A stretch of 64,000 nucleotides of DNA, taken from Flectonema sp. DT1601. Its lineage: Eukaryota. Location of the stretch: positions 1,488,001 to 1,552,000 of the forward strand of contig OZ025780.1 of assembly GCA_964019425.1 (NCBI GenBank), written 5' to 3'. This document shows, piece after piece, positions 14,601 through 26,255 of this stretch. The position numbers were made by a program, and so were the translations under genes. The notes under the pieces are model-generated. The model searched no databases, was not told where the DNA came from, and saw only the letters and a program-made list of their open reading frames with translations. The first letter of the stretch is position 1. Every line of letters begins with the position of its first letter.

Positions 14601-15619
14601 ATCTGCACCATCAAAAGGACTAATCGCTTCGTACTCAGCAGCGATTAAAAAAAAAACCAAAAAAAAAAAAAAAAAAAAGGAAAGGTGCCATACCGACCAA
14701 ACGGCACACGCGACGTCGAAGGGAGAAAAAAGAAGGCGGCACCTCACTAAATAATTCTCACTTTGTTTTTATGCGCAACTAGAAACAAACCTATAAAAGT
14801 AAAGGTGCTAACGTTACGCTTCCATAATGATCTTTCACTCGTAAAAACATGTCTTCGAGATGAAAAATGAAAACTAAATAACTACTGAGAAAAATATTTC
14901 CACAGTAAACGCTTCGTCTATTCGTACGAATAAAGTTAGGAAACACTGCAGTCAAAAGTGAAAGTACTGCAGAACCAATTGAAAAACGCTTTAATTAATA
15001 AAACTGCATGTCGTTAGTAATATTTTTGTTTTGTGAACTAAAAACTTTTTTTTTTTTTTTTTTTTTCGAGACGGTAAATAACTTAGACAATGCAAAAAAT
15101 CAGAAAAGTATGTACCTTGATTACCAGAACTAATCTGGGATTTAAAAAAAATTGAGGAAAGGGGAGTTTATAGGGAAGTAATTACCGTCGGTCAACGGGT
15201 TCGTTTATTCTCCATCTATTATGACTTTAATATTTTAGAACATTTTTTAGTGAATTATGTGTCATGACTGTTCCGCATGTAAGAACCAATAAACCCTCAC
15301 CGAGAGAGATTATTTGATTATTACATTTCATGTGTCAACAATATTTTTTTCATAATAAAACAAGAATCACTTTTCCGTATTCAAGAACAATCAACAACAA
15401 GTTTTTGTCAAATCGACAATTTGCATTTACGACATCACCCCGGGGGGGGAGGAAAGAAGAGATCCGTTTCACTCAAGGCCAAAAGGAAAAGATATGGCGA
15501 GAAGAATGCAGACTGTTAGAAAGGCTGGTGCACCAAAAAGTAGAGAGCGTGAGAACAACCCGAAGTTCAAGCACATCGTATAGAGTAATATAAGTATGTT
15601 TGTCTTATTGAAGTGATCA

Positions 15620-17746
15620 TTAAATTGTTGGGCACTTTGATCCACAATTCCCAGTTGGAAATGGTCCGTGTGGTTTGTCACACAGAGGTACTGGAAGTTC
15701 CCCGTTTTTCATCAAAACAACAAACAACTCGTCGTGTTGAAGTTCAAAGGTTTTTTCATAATGACCATCAACATTCTTGTAGAAGAGAGAAGTGCTGAAT
15801 TCCGTGTCGAATTTTGGTGAGCAGGCTGCGCTGTCCCAGTTGTCCAGCAACAATTGCTGTGTCATTCCAAATGGCTTTGGTCCAGTGCAGTCAGTGCATC
15901 TGTACAGAGCGAAGGCGAACGAGCACTTCTCTCCATCACAACACTTCAAGTGGACCTTAGACCCTGTCAAGACTGGTCTTGGGAAAGCAAAGGCGCTCAT
16001 TGATGAGATCTCAGTAGGGAACTTAACATAACGAGTGTGAATCAGATCCAACTCACCATTAGAGATAGTCATGGGCTGTATATCAACAACGTTGGATCCT
16101 CCAGCAGCAGTCATGCCGACTCCGCTGTAGCAAGGACAGCAAGTATCATCGTTACAGCTGGAGAAGTCAGATCCGCTGCATCTCGCCTGAGCTGGTTCTG
16201 GCCAGTGGACCCCTGTCGCACATGTGTATCCAGAGCACGAACGGAGACACTTACCATTGCAACCCTGACCAATAGTGTTGTGTTCACAAACGTGGAGATC
16301 TTTACAAATGCAGACGTAGTCGTCAACTCCGTTACCCGGGTGACATACGGAGTTGACGTCACAAGTGTGGGTACCACTGTCGCATCTGTGAGGGACTGGA
16401 GTAGATGGACAGCAGCTGGCTTCATTACAACTGGAGAAGTCAGTCCCGCTGCATCCTACGTGAGACGGCTCAGCCCAGCTTACTCCACCATTGACGCAGT
16501 TGTAACCGAAGCAGGATCTCACACATCTTCCAGGGCAACCTTGACCAACAGCCTTTTCTTCACAAACAAAAAGGTCCTTACAGATGCATACATAATCATC
16601 AACACCCCCCTTTCCTGGACGGCATTCAGAGTTAACATCACATGTATGGGAACCGCTGTCACACTGGTGAGGAACTGGAGTAGAAGGGCAACACGTGGGT
16701 TCGTTGCAGCTGAGAATGTCAGTTCCACTACACGCTACTTGAGCAGACCCAACACCGCTTGGACAAGTGTAACCAGCGCATGAACGAAGGCAACGACCAG
16801 CGCAACCAGCATTGAGTGTTGGGGTTTCACAAATATAGTTCTGTCTGCAGATACAAACATAATCTGACACTCCTGCCCCAGCAAAGCAATTAGAGTTCGC
16901 ATCACAGGTGTTTGTTCCACTGCAGTCATGTGGAGATGGGGTAGGTGGAGCATCGGTGGTCGGAGCAGGAGTTGCAGGAGCATCAGTTTCTGGGCAGCAA
17001 ACACCGTTGTTGCAGCTGCTTGCGTCTCTACCAGAACACGCAACATTTTGCGGTTGCTGCCATTCCACGTTAGGACATGCGTACCCAACGCAGTTACGGT
17101 GGCATCTGTGACCGTTAAATGGCCAGTCGCAACCGGAAACACAAACATAGTTTGGACGGCACTCACAGTGGTATTGATTTTGAACACCATCTCTTAAGAA
17201 ACACTCTGCGTATTGAGCATCACAGTTGTCGTTGTTAGTAGTGCAGTAATGCGGAGCAGGAGTAGGTGGAGCTGGGGTTGGATCAGGCCACCACCTGAAC
17301 TCAATCCTGATCCACGCATCAGTATTAACACAGTGGACATTATGCCAACCAGCGGTACTAACGTAGTTCGTCATCGTAAAGTAGCATTCACCTGAGACTC
17401 TGTCGTCGTCAGAGTTAAAAAATGAGTTGTCAAATGAGCACCGGTTGCCAGTGTCGTCTTCCCATGCAGTGAAACTAACTTTGAGTACTTTTGAACTCGT
17501 GCTACGTCTACCAGAGTCAGCGTAAACTCCATTAGACCTACAGTCACGTGACGACGTGCACTGAATGCAAGTATTTGGTCCAGTGTACCCACCAACATTG
17601 GCTCTCGCCAACATCGTATACTCTTCGTTACCAGATTCAGTTCCTCTTTGGTCCTGAAAAACTTCCCTGAATCTCACCTGGAAATCAATTGCGTGTGAGG
17701 GCATCACAAGAGCCAGGGATGCAACAAGCAGAGCTTTCATTGTCAT
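15620..17746 (-). CDS. Secreted cysteine-rich protein with four tandem EGF-like/Cys modules, ~708 aa
   Basis: Signal peptide MTMKALLVASLALVMPSHA (ATG 17746). Four repeats of an EGF-like unit (H.C......CD..S.C......Y.C.C) plus a C.GY.C...CSG....C....CC unit, separated by PTPAP linkers. No intron needed. Confidence 0.8.
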   Translation of the reverse strand: MTMKALLVASLALVMPSHAIDFQVRFREVFQDQRGTESGNEEYTMLARANVGGYTGPNTCIQCTSSRDCRSNGVYADSGRRSTSSKVLKVSFTAWEDDTGNRCSFDNSFFNSDDDRVSGECYFTMTNYVSTAGWHNVHCVNTDAWIRIEFRWWPDPTPAPPTPAPHYCTTNNDNCDAQYAECFLRDGVQNQYHCECRPNYVCVSGCDWPFNGHRCHRNCVGYACPNVEWQQPQNVACSGRDASSCNNGVCCPETDAPATPAPTTDAPPTPSPHDCSGTNTCDANSNCFAGAGVSDYVCICRQNYICETPTLNAGCAGRCLRSCAGYTCPSGVGSAQVACSGTDILSCNEPTCCPSTPVPHQCDSGSHTCDVNSECRPGKGGVDDYVCICKDLFVCEEKAVGQGCPGRCVRSCFGYNCVNGGVSWAEPSHVGCSGTDFSSCNEASCCPSTPVPHRCDSGTHTCDVNSVCHPGNGVDDYVCICKDLHVCEHNTIGQGCNGKCLRSCSGYTCATGVHWPEPAQARCSGSDFSSCNDDTCCPCYSGVGMTAAGGSNVVDIQPMTISNGELDLIHTRYVKFPTEISSMSAFAFPRPVLTGSKVHLKCCDGEKCSFAFALYRCTDCTGPKPFGMTQQLLLDNWDSAACSPKFDTEFSTSLFYKNVDGHYEKTFELQHDELFVVLMKNGELPVPLCDKPHGPFPTGNCGSKCPTI

Positions 17747-18850
17747 TTCGTAAGCAAATTTAAATAATAGCAATCTGGTGGAGGTAATTTGATTAAATAT
17801 AAAGCAACTTGAAACTGACCAAACTAAAATAAAGTTGCCATGTAAAAAGGCCAACAGTTGGTAATGATAAAATTTCACATGTGCCGTCTGAAAGTAGAAT
17901 TGTTTCAAAGAGAGTACAAGTAACATAACACAATTTTTAACTACATGAAATCTACTATGCATGTTCCTGAGTTTTAGCGTGCTGTAAAAAACTAAAAAAT
18001 GAAAATTTATAAATCCAGAACTAACCGATCCCTAAAAGTATGTATTCACTTCCCTCTGCCTTAGTGGCGGACACGTTAAGTAGTCAGATGTGAAATATAA
18101 TATTTAAAAAAAAAAAAAAAAAAAAACGCTTGCTTTATAAACAAGGAATTTCTTGAATTATTCCGCAGGTAGCATTCACCTTAATGACCTTGTTTACTTG
18201 GATAATTAAACAAGCTCATTAAGGCAAATAAATAATGAACTGTTCTTCTAATAGGTCAGAATAATTGGAAGCACGAGCCCATTCTAATGGCAATTAGTGA
18301 TTTAAAACACCAATCATTGAGACGAATGAAGTGACCACCACCACATGTGATAAATTGACTACCAATACCACATCTGGTTTCGGATGAATAAGACTATTTA
18401 AGGAACAAGCAGCTTTCGGAGAAGAACGAAGAAGAAGGGGAGGGGAGGGTGAAGAAAAACTCACAATAACATTAACGCTGATCGCCTTAAAATCGACGAG
18501 AAGAAGAAAAAAAAAAAAAACGAAATAAAAAATAATAATAAATTAGAACAGAGAGGTGACTTCTAGTTCAAACCTTTTTATTGCCTCTTTATTTTTTTTT
18601 CAATCAATTGTTTGATTGAAAGTACATATGGCTATGCAAGGGAACGAGCCTCCTCTGGTCGCTTCATCGGAGATGACGGGAAGAAATAACCACACGGGAA
18701 TTGCCTCCTTCGAAGTCGTCTCTTCTTCAGAATTGATTAAGTATTGAATTGTTCAATAACTTGAATGTCAGAGGTACTACTATTTAATAATCTATTGTTT
18801 ATCCATATTTCAGTTGTTTCGTGGAGGCCAGTTCAGCTGATCTAAGGCTA

Positions 18851-20393
18851 TCAGGTTTCGTCTTCCATTTCTAAGTCCGTTTTCATTTCTCGTTCTTCGT
18901 GTTGTTTTTGTCGGTTACGAGAAGTAAGAAACGAGATTCCGTAGCCAAATATAATTCCTCCGATAACTGCACCCACGATAGTTCCAACGGTTTTGAACTT
19001 GTTGCAATCTTCATTTATTGTTGTATGTGTGGTGAATAACATTGTACGCAAGCAGATTGGTACTGAATCACTACACTGATCACACCACTGTTCTACAGTA
19101 CACTGAAGATGTACAAATTCACTTGGTGATGAGACATAAACATCACCCCACGTAGCAGTGCTGTTCAAGGGGTCCCAATTATCACCCTCATCTATGTAGT
19201 ACCAGTGAATATTTCGACCTCCACCAACCTCTTCAACTATCTCGAATACGATTGCTGCTCCAAAACCCGGAACTCCATTTATCTTGTTGTCGAATCCTAA
19301 CAACTTTGCGAGTGATATCTATTTTTATTATTATTGATGTCTTGGGTTTCGTACATACTGGATTTGTACTTACATTGGAGCGTAAGAATGCTCTAATTTC
19401 AACTTTCTTGGGGAAAAGGGAAAAAAGTGAAAAACCATAATTCCACATAAAAGTTTGTGAAATGTTGCATCTCAACAGAAAAGTTTCCGAAATGGATATA
19501 CACCCAGCTATTTTACGTTTGCCCCCAAAAAAAAAAAAAAAAAAACATGGAATAGTTGTTTTCTTCTTTTTAAATTATTGACATACCAAGGTAGGATAAT
19601 GACCGGACCAAAGGCTTAGACGAACGCCGGATTTGTTGTCGATCACACCTGCGATGAAAGTATTTATGTCAGTCAATAGTTGGCATGCGGTTGGAACTGT
19701 TTTTGCTGACTCGTAGTCGTAGTCACTAATCCAGTTAAGGAGGTTTGATAATTCAGGTTTGTGACCGAGAAGCTTTGCCCTCTTTACTGGATCAGTCTCA
19801 TCCTCCGAATGGGCTAAGTAAGCCTGTAATTCATCATATAAATTCCAAACATCTTCAAGACCGTTATCCTTTACTCCAAGCAAATCAGCTACCTCAGTTC
19901 GAAGCTTTTGGCTTGTGGTTTCTAGCTCTCTAAAGGCCGGATCGAGCCTTCGTGCTTCAACCGCCTTTTTGAAATTATCACATTGTTTATATGACCTAAT
20001 TTTTATGTCGATAGACTCGTCAATAGAATAGACAACCGGGACTCGAACTGTATCCCCTATTTGAAATAATTTACCGATAACTGCATTCGCACTCGCAACA
20101 GTCCTATCGACTGAACTGCTGACAGCGCTAACTTGGTTGTGGAGAACTGGAAAGTCAGTGGTGTTTAAAAAGGTATCGGTGCTTAGCAGGTATCGTTCTC
20201 GCAAAATTGTTCCTAACCACTCCATTCTCGTGTAACCCTTGTCGGTTAGTGTCCCATATGTGCTCTCAACAAACCCACTGCTGTCCTTCACTAGAACTTC
20301 TCTATCACCATGTCTGTGAAGTATTCCAACTCCGAGTACCCTGCTAACTGTCAGCATCGGTAGCAACAACGCAACTGTTGCCCGTAACATCAT
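18851..20393 (-). CDS. Histidine acid phosphatase family (branch 2) type-I membrane protein, 2 exons (20393-19587, 19318-18851), ~424 aa
   Basis: Signal peptide, RHGDR motif, 'GTLTDKG', 'SSSVDRTVASA', 'SGHYPTL|ISLAKLLG' across a GTATGT...ATAG intron, and a C-terminal TM helix. Confidence 0.85.
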
Positions 20394-20907
20394 TTTGAAA
20401 GGGTCTATAAATAAAAAAGAATGATGACTTATTTAAACTGCTAACTCGACCGTTTGACAATCAATCTTTTGAGCGATCACAATCAGCACAACAGCCCGAC
20501 CAGATAATAATTGAATGACGCATTTAGATGGTTCAGCAGCAGAACTTACAGAAAAAATGCATGGTGAAACGACAAGAGCTTAACATCCCTTTGTGAAGGT
20601 CTGAAGGTGCATAAGAAGGTGTATAATGGAAGTACGAAACATGGATATACATGTCCGATCTCTGCGCAAGAAGGAATACGATCACACTGCTCACAAGATA
20701 CTTTTATTTTTTACTTTGCAATAATTTTTTTCTTAGAAGGTTTGGAAGCTTTCTTAACTTTTTTTTTTTTTTTTTCGTGTCTGTACTGCTACTTTCTCAT
20801 CTTCATTGGCACCGACATCGAAGTCGAATCGGCAATTTCTGGCCAATCGACTGTACGGCACGTGTCGTGATTTCGGTAGTCGCCTTGATTAGTGTCGGCG
20901 GCGGGGC

Positions 20908-21594
20908 TTGAAACTATTGTTCTTCCCAACACCCCCTTTTTTATTCGAATCAACGTCCACGGTAAAGAATTACCGACTCCCTCTCATCGCAACAACCCAT
21001 TGCTCCTGGTCTCCCAAACCCCGTCTTTCCTTTTTTTTTACCCCTCATTCTCCATTGATCACGTTCCCTTCTGAACTGTCTCAAAGTAGACTACTGGTAT
21101 CGTCTTCTGCTCAAACGGAACAAGAAAAAGACAGTGCGGCGACCTCATCGACGGAAGAATCACCTATTGCGAGGCAATGGTCCGAAGGTAGACTCGATTT
21201 ACTGGACAACTATTGTCAAGCGGTAAGTGACTCTCTCCAGACAAATGAGAAAGTGGCGCTGCTCTCGGAAAAACTATTGGAAGAGCAACGTCGATACTCC
21301 GAGTTGAGCTATCAACAGAAGACTGTTCATAAAGAACAACTGGATCATTCCATGTTGTTGACGGAGATGGCCAGTGAGCTCTCTGAGCAACTCTATTTGG
21401 CAAAAGACCAAAACAGAGCTCTCAAGTTTCAGTTACAAACTTGGGCAAATGGTTTTAACCTGCCCGAAAAGGAAGCGCAAGAAGAGAATGAGACCCCAAC
21501 GCGTCCGAGGGAGCGCTTATCACAAAAAAAGCGAACTCCACCGTCAACGAACTTTCATGATCGCAGAAGAATCTTTTTAGATGACGATTGCTAA
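20908..21594 (+). CDS. Hypothetical coiled-coil ORF at the edge of the repeat island (no early ATG; possibly element-derived)
   Basis: 228-codon open frame with a heptad-like E/Q/L-rich segment; opposite strand to all upstream genes. Confidence 0.35.
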   Translation: MKLLFFPTPPFLFESTSTVKNYRLPLIATTHCSWSPKPRLSFFFTPHSPLITFPSELSQSRLLVSSSAQTEQEKDSAATSSTEESPIARQWSEGRLDLLDNYCQAVSDSLQTNEKVALLSEKLLEEQRRYSELSYQQKTVHKEQLDHSMLLTEMASELSEQLYLAKDQNRALKFQLQTWANGFNLPEKEAQEENETPTRPRERLSQKKRTPPSTNFHDRRRIFLDDDC

Positions 21595-23144
21595 GTTCTA
21601 GTTTCTATTAGTATTTATTTATTTGTATTATTTTGTCGATATGTTTATGTCCGTCAGATCATAACGTTAATCAGATTAATTGTTAATTGTAAATAGTCTA
21701 AACCCCAATCCAAGTTCCCAAGGCTTGGCATAGATTTGAGTGACGCCTTACTGGCCTCCTCATCCTCTATTAGTGCCAGCAATGGTTTTTTTTCTTATAT
21801 TTTTCTTTTTCCTTTTACTCTAATATGAAATATTTTTGAACAAAATGTGATTATTAATTTTAAAAAAAAAAAAAAAAAACAATGAAAATAAATATATAAA
21901 AAAAAACATGCCTTGGGAATACAACCAAAGCCCCAACTATTCGGTCCTTTCTTTTTCCCTCTTGTTAATTGATCGCTCCACTCGTCGATCACCATAACCC
22001 TTGATCACCAAAACTTTGTGTGTGGAGCTTGTCGTTTTTGAAAACTTTGTGAGTGGAGCTTGTCATTTTTGAAAACTTTGTGTGTGGAACTTGTCGTTTG
22101 TGAAAACTTTGTGAGTGGAGCTGGTGGTTTTTGAAAACTTTGTGAGTGGAGCTTGTCGTTTTTTAAAACTTTGTGAGTTGAGCTTGTCATTTTTGAAAAC
22201 TTTGTGTGTGGAACTTGTCGTTTGTGAAAACTTTGTGAGTGGAGCTTGTCGTTTTTTAAAACTTTGTGTGTGGAGCTTGTCATTTTCTAAAAGTTTGTGT
22301 GTGGAGCTTGTTGTTTTTGAAAACTTTGTGTGCGGAGCTTATCATTTTTTAAAAACTTTGTGAGTGGAGCTGGTGGTTTTTGAAAACTTTGTGTGTGGAG
22401 CTTGTCGTTTTTGAAAACTTTGTGTGTGGAGCTTGTCGTTTTTGAAAACTTTGTGTGTGGAGCTCGTCGTTTTTGAAAACTTTGTGTGTGAAGCTTGTCG
22501 TTTTTGAAAACTTCGTGTGTGGAGCTTATCGTTTTTGAAAAAATTGTGTGTAGAGCTTGTCGTTTTTTTACAGTTTTTGTGTGGAGCTTGTCGTTTTTTA
22601 CAACTTGGTGTGGAGCTGGTGGTTTTTGAAAACTTTGTGTGTGAAGCTGGTGGTTTTTTTAAAGTTTTTGTGTGGTTGAGGCGATCGGCAGGGTGGAGGT
22701 GTTCACGATTTTTCACTTTGCTACACGAAAATTCACGATTTTTCACTTAATTTTTTGCTGCTTTTTGGTAGTGAAATCCTGTGAAAATGTGTGAAAATGT
22801 GTGAATTCTAGTGAAAAAAGTGAGTGATATCCAGATGGTACCGTTGGTGCTGGTGTGCTGTGCGATGTCAAACCTGTTCAGTTTGCCATACGTCATGTCA
22901 CTTTGACAACTAAATGGGCATCGCTTGTGCCCAGTGACCCATCACCCTTCCTGACCATCGCTTGTGGTGAGGTTCCGGACTTTGGACCGGCGCATCGCGT
23001 GTGCGGTGGGTTTAATCACTGAGGGGGCTCATTCTCGTTCACACTGTTCTGTTCTGTGGTGTCTTTCCATTACTCCTCCCATCTCTGCCAGGAGACAGCC
23101 TGACAACCCATATTGATATTGCTTGAGAGACAATGAGAGGTAAT

Positions 23145-24904
23145 TCATTGGGGTAGAAACAAGTGAGCGTAATCATTGGGTTCCAAGCTGATGATAATTT
23201 TTTTGGTTAAATAAATAAAAAATCCAAAGAGCAACTGTTGGCATTGCTCAACCTTGGGATTCTTGCGTGCCGGTTCTGCAGCCTTCTTTTTCTTCGCCTC
23301 TGCAGCCTTCTTCCTGGCTGCATCCCTTGCTTCCTCCTTCGCCTTCTTGGCAGCCGCCTTCTCCTTTCTTGCCTCCTCTTTTCGCTGAGCAGTTTTTTCT
23401 TGTGCAACTTTCCTGGCAGCAGCATTTTCTGCTGCTTTCGCTTGGGTCAGTGTGGCGGACTGCTGGGGCACCGGGAGGGAGAGGGGGTCACGCAACTTTA
23501 GCTTTGTGGGGAGCTCCAGCGCAAAGCATTCAACAACAGAGAAAATGAATGCCCCGCGCTGGGACTTGGTTGGGGGGTTAGGTAGGGATGGTGCGTCCAC
23601 CGGGATGATGCTGGCATCAGGCTTGGTGAGCATGGGGTCATCGGGGACATCACTCTTCAGCTTAGAGACCTGAATGTGGTTCACATGGGAGAGGGCGTGG
23701 TTGACCTGCCTATTGACTTCCAGCAGGCGGGCGTGGTGAGGGGAGACTGTGTCACCGCAATAGCAGCAACGAAAAATGCCCTTTCCCCCCAAGGGTTCCA
23801 GCATGTAGAACCATCTACCTGGAAGCTCGGTATCGAGCAATGCAAAAATCTTTTCCCAATAATCGAGGTGACAGTGGCCTGATCTTCTGGCCTGGCTGTC
23901 CTGAACTTTCTGCCGGTTAATCTTTTTGAAATGTTCTGTTGTGTTACCCTCAACAAGAAAACACAATGAAGCAGTTGAACGTGTGTCCTCTAACCAAGAC
24001 AACGCCCCTGCCAAGGCACCTGTAAAATCAACCCCCCTCTCAATGAGTAAGCAAACGACCGATTCCCACGTATGAAGAAGCACAGCGTTGCTATTGAACG
24101 GAGGAAGTCACTGAGGCCAAAGTACTTCGCAATCCAGGAGGCAATGCAATGAACTCGGTGTGTAGGCTCCGGGATGAGGCAGATATTGCCATCTTGGTCA
24201 AATAATTTAAACCCCCTGTATTCTGATCCACCCCGATCACTGAGCGCAGAGGTAATCGTGCAAGTTGACAGAGGTGGTGGTGCCGGATCAGTGATTAAGA
24301 TTCCGAGCTGCTGGAAGTGGTGCAGCGCACGTCGTAGTGTGTCACAGAATGATTGAGCTTGGTGGCTCTGTGTCAGTCTGCATGCAAGACTATAGCATGC
24401 AGTCGTAGCTGTAGCAGCAGTGATGTGTAGCGCTGACGAGTTTTCTGTCACAGATGTTGCGTCACTTACTAGGCAGAAGGTACTCTCCCGGTTGCGAATG
24501 AGAAACACACAATCCTGCACATACAACCACCGGATCATCTCTCTTCGTGCAGCCCAATAACTGACGGAGTCAAGACCATGAAGCTGGCGGGTAAACTGCG
24601 GAATGCGGCGCATGGCGATGTGCTGCAAGAGGATCCGGACAACTGTACTTGGTGGCTGTGGGCGGAGATGCAGGGTCCCAGCAACAGTGTATTGCGATAC
24701 ACCGTCAACCTCACCAATCTTCTCATCGCACCAGATCAGCATGCCATCTGTGCCAGCAACACGAGCCCTAACCTCCAAGTCATCTTCAACTTCTAGTCCC
24801 ATACCACCCAATACATCTAACAGCTTTGATCTGCTAGTCACATACAGCAAGATCTCTGCTGGCAAGGAATCGCGAAGTTGCACTGTTACTCTTACGAGAG
24901 CCAT
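23145..24904 (-). pseudogene. Frameshifted or deleted DDE-transposase-like ORFs (24904-23990 and 24083-23145)
   Basis: 'FCLVSDATS', 'ALSDRGGS' and 'PTHRVH' resemble the hAT D1, D2 and CxxH regions. The second frame has a CxxC...H...H zinc-finger-like motif and a Lys/Ala-rich tail. Confidence 0.5.
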
Positions 24905-25199
24905 GTGAATGCATTACCACAATAAACTTTAGAGAACGATAGGATTAACAAGCACCACCACTTCAACGATCACCACACATGCCTATCAACCCACCTGTGC
25001 TAGAATAGTTCAGCAACCACATGAAACTGTAACAAGAGCTGGATTAAAGAGAAGTAGTATTAACAATAAACTGTAGAGAACGATAGGATTAACAAGCACC
25101 GATGACAACTACGAAGCAGTGCAGTTCAGGCCCCCGCTGAGTAGTCTTTTTTACCAAACCACAAATCTCAATATCAAAATTCACGAAAATTCACGATTA

Positions 25200-25469
25200 C
25201 TGCAACTGGAAATATTACTGCGCGGAAAAAACCGCACTAATTTCCAAATCTGCAAAAAACCGCACTAATTTTTCCATGCAGTAATATTTCCACCGCACTA
25301 ATATTTCTGCTCAGAAGTGATTTTTTCTCCAGCTGCATTTTTCTGCTGGTGCCTTACACAGCAAAAAAGCAACCAAATTTTTTTCTACCACCAAGTGGAA
25401 AAAACCGCACTAATCTTTTCTCAAAAAAACCGCACTAATTTTTCTGCGCAGTAATATTTCCAGTTGCAG
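25200..25469. mobile_element. MITE (270 bp), TA TSD, nested in the hAT-like element
   Basis: TIRs CTGCAACTGGAAATATTACTGCGC / GCGCAGTAATATTTCCAGTTGCAG, flanked by TA on both sides; internal AAAAACCGCACTAAT repeats. Confidence 0.9.
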
Positions 25470-26255
25470 TATTCACGAAAATTCACGATTTTTCACCATG
25501 CTTATTGGCAGTGAATTTTCGTGAATTTTTGTGATAGGTAGAATTTATCGAAATCACAACTTGTGACAAACCGTGAAGGATCATGAAAATTCGTGAAACC
25601 TCTACCCCTGCCGATCGCCTCAGTGGTGCTTGTCGTTTTTTAAAAGTTTGTGTGTGAAGCTTGTCGTTTTTGAAAACTTTGCGAGTGGAGCTTGTTGTTT
25701 TTGAAAATTTTGTGTGCGGTGCTTGTCATTTTTGAAAACTTTGTGTGTGGAGCTTGTGGGTTTTCGAAACTTTATGTGTGGAGCTTGTCGTTTGTGAAAA
25801 CTTTGTAAGTGGAGCTGGTGGTTTTTAAAAACTTTGCGAGCGGAGCTGGTGGTTTTTAAAAAAATTGTGTGTGGAGCTTGTCGTTTGTGAGACCTTTGTA
25901 AGTGGAACTGGTGGTTATGAAACTTTGTGTGTGGAGCTTGTTGTTTGTGAAACTTTTGTAAGTGGAGCTGGTGGTTTTTGAAAACTTTGTGTGTGGAGCT
26001 TGTCGTTTGTGAAAACTTTGTGTGTGGAGCTTGTCGTTTGTGAAAACTTTGTGTGCGGTGCTTGTCATTTTTGAAAACTTTGTGTGTGGAGCTTGTCGTT
26101 TTTGAAAACTTTGTGTGTGGAGCTTATCGGTTTTTACAACTTGGTGCGGAGCTGGTGGTTTTTGAAAACTTTGTGTGTGGAGCTTGTCGTTTTTGAAAAC
26201 TTTGCGCGTGGAGCTTGTTGTTTTTGAAAACTTTGTGTGTAGAGCTTGTCGTTCT

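Larger units (their letters stand above)
22677..25622 (-). mobile_element. TIR DNA transposon (hAT-like transposase remnants), 5-bp TSD GTGGT
   Basis: TIRs TGAGGCGATCGGCAGGG... / ...CCCTGCCGATCGCCTCA; GTGGT at 22672-22676 and 25623-25627; subterminal AAAATTCACGAT repeats. Confidence 0.9.

Noticed and set aside
20779..20791. TCTGTACT resembling the spliced leader upstream of the coiled-coil ORF
   Set aside because: Only 8 nt match and the TTATTG end is missing.
21995..22002. TAACCCT telomere-like heptamer between duplicated GATCACCA
   Set aside because: A single unit, expected by chance; there is no telomeric array in the window.
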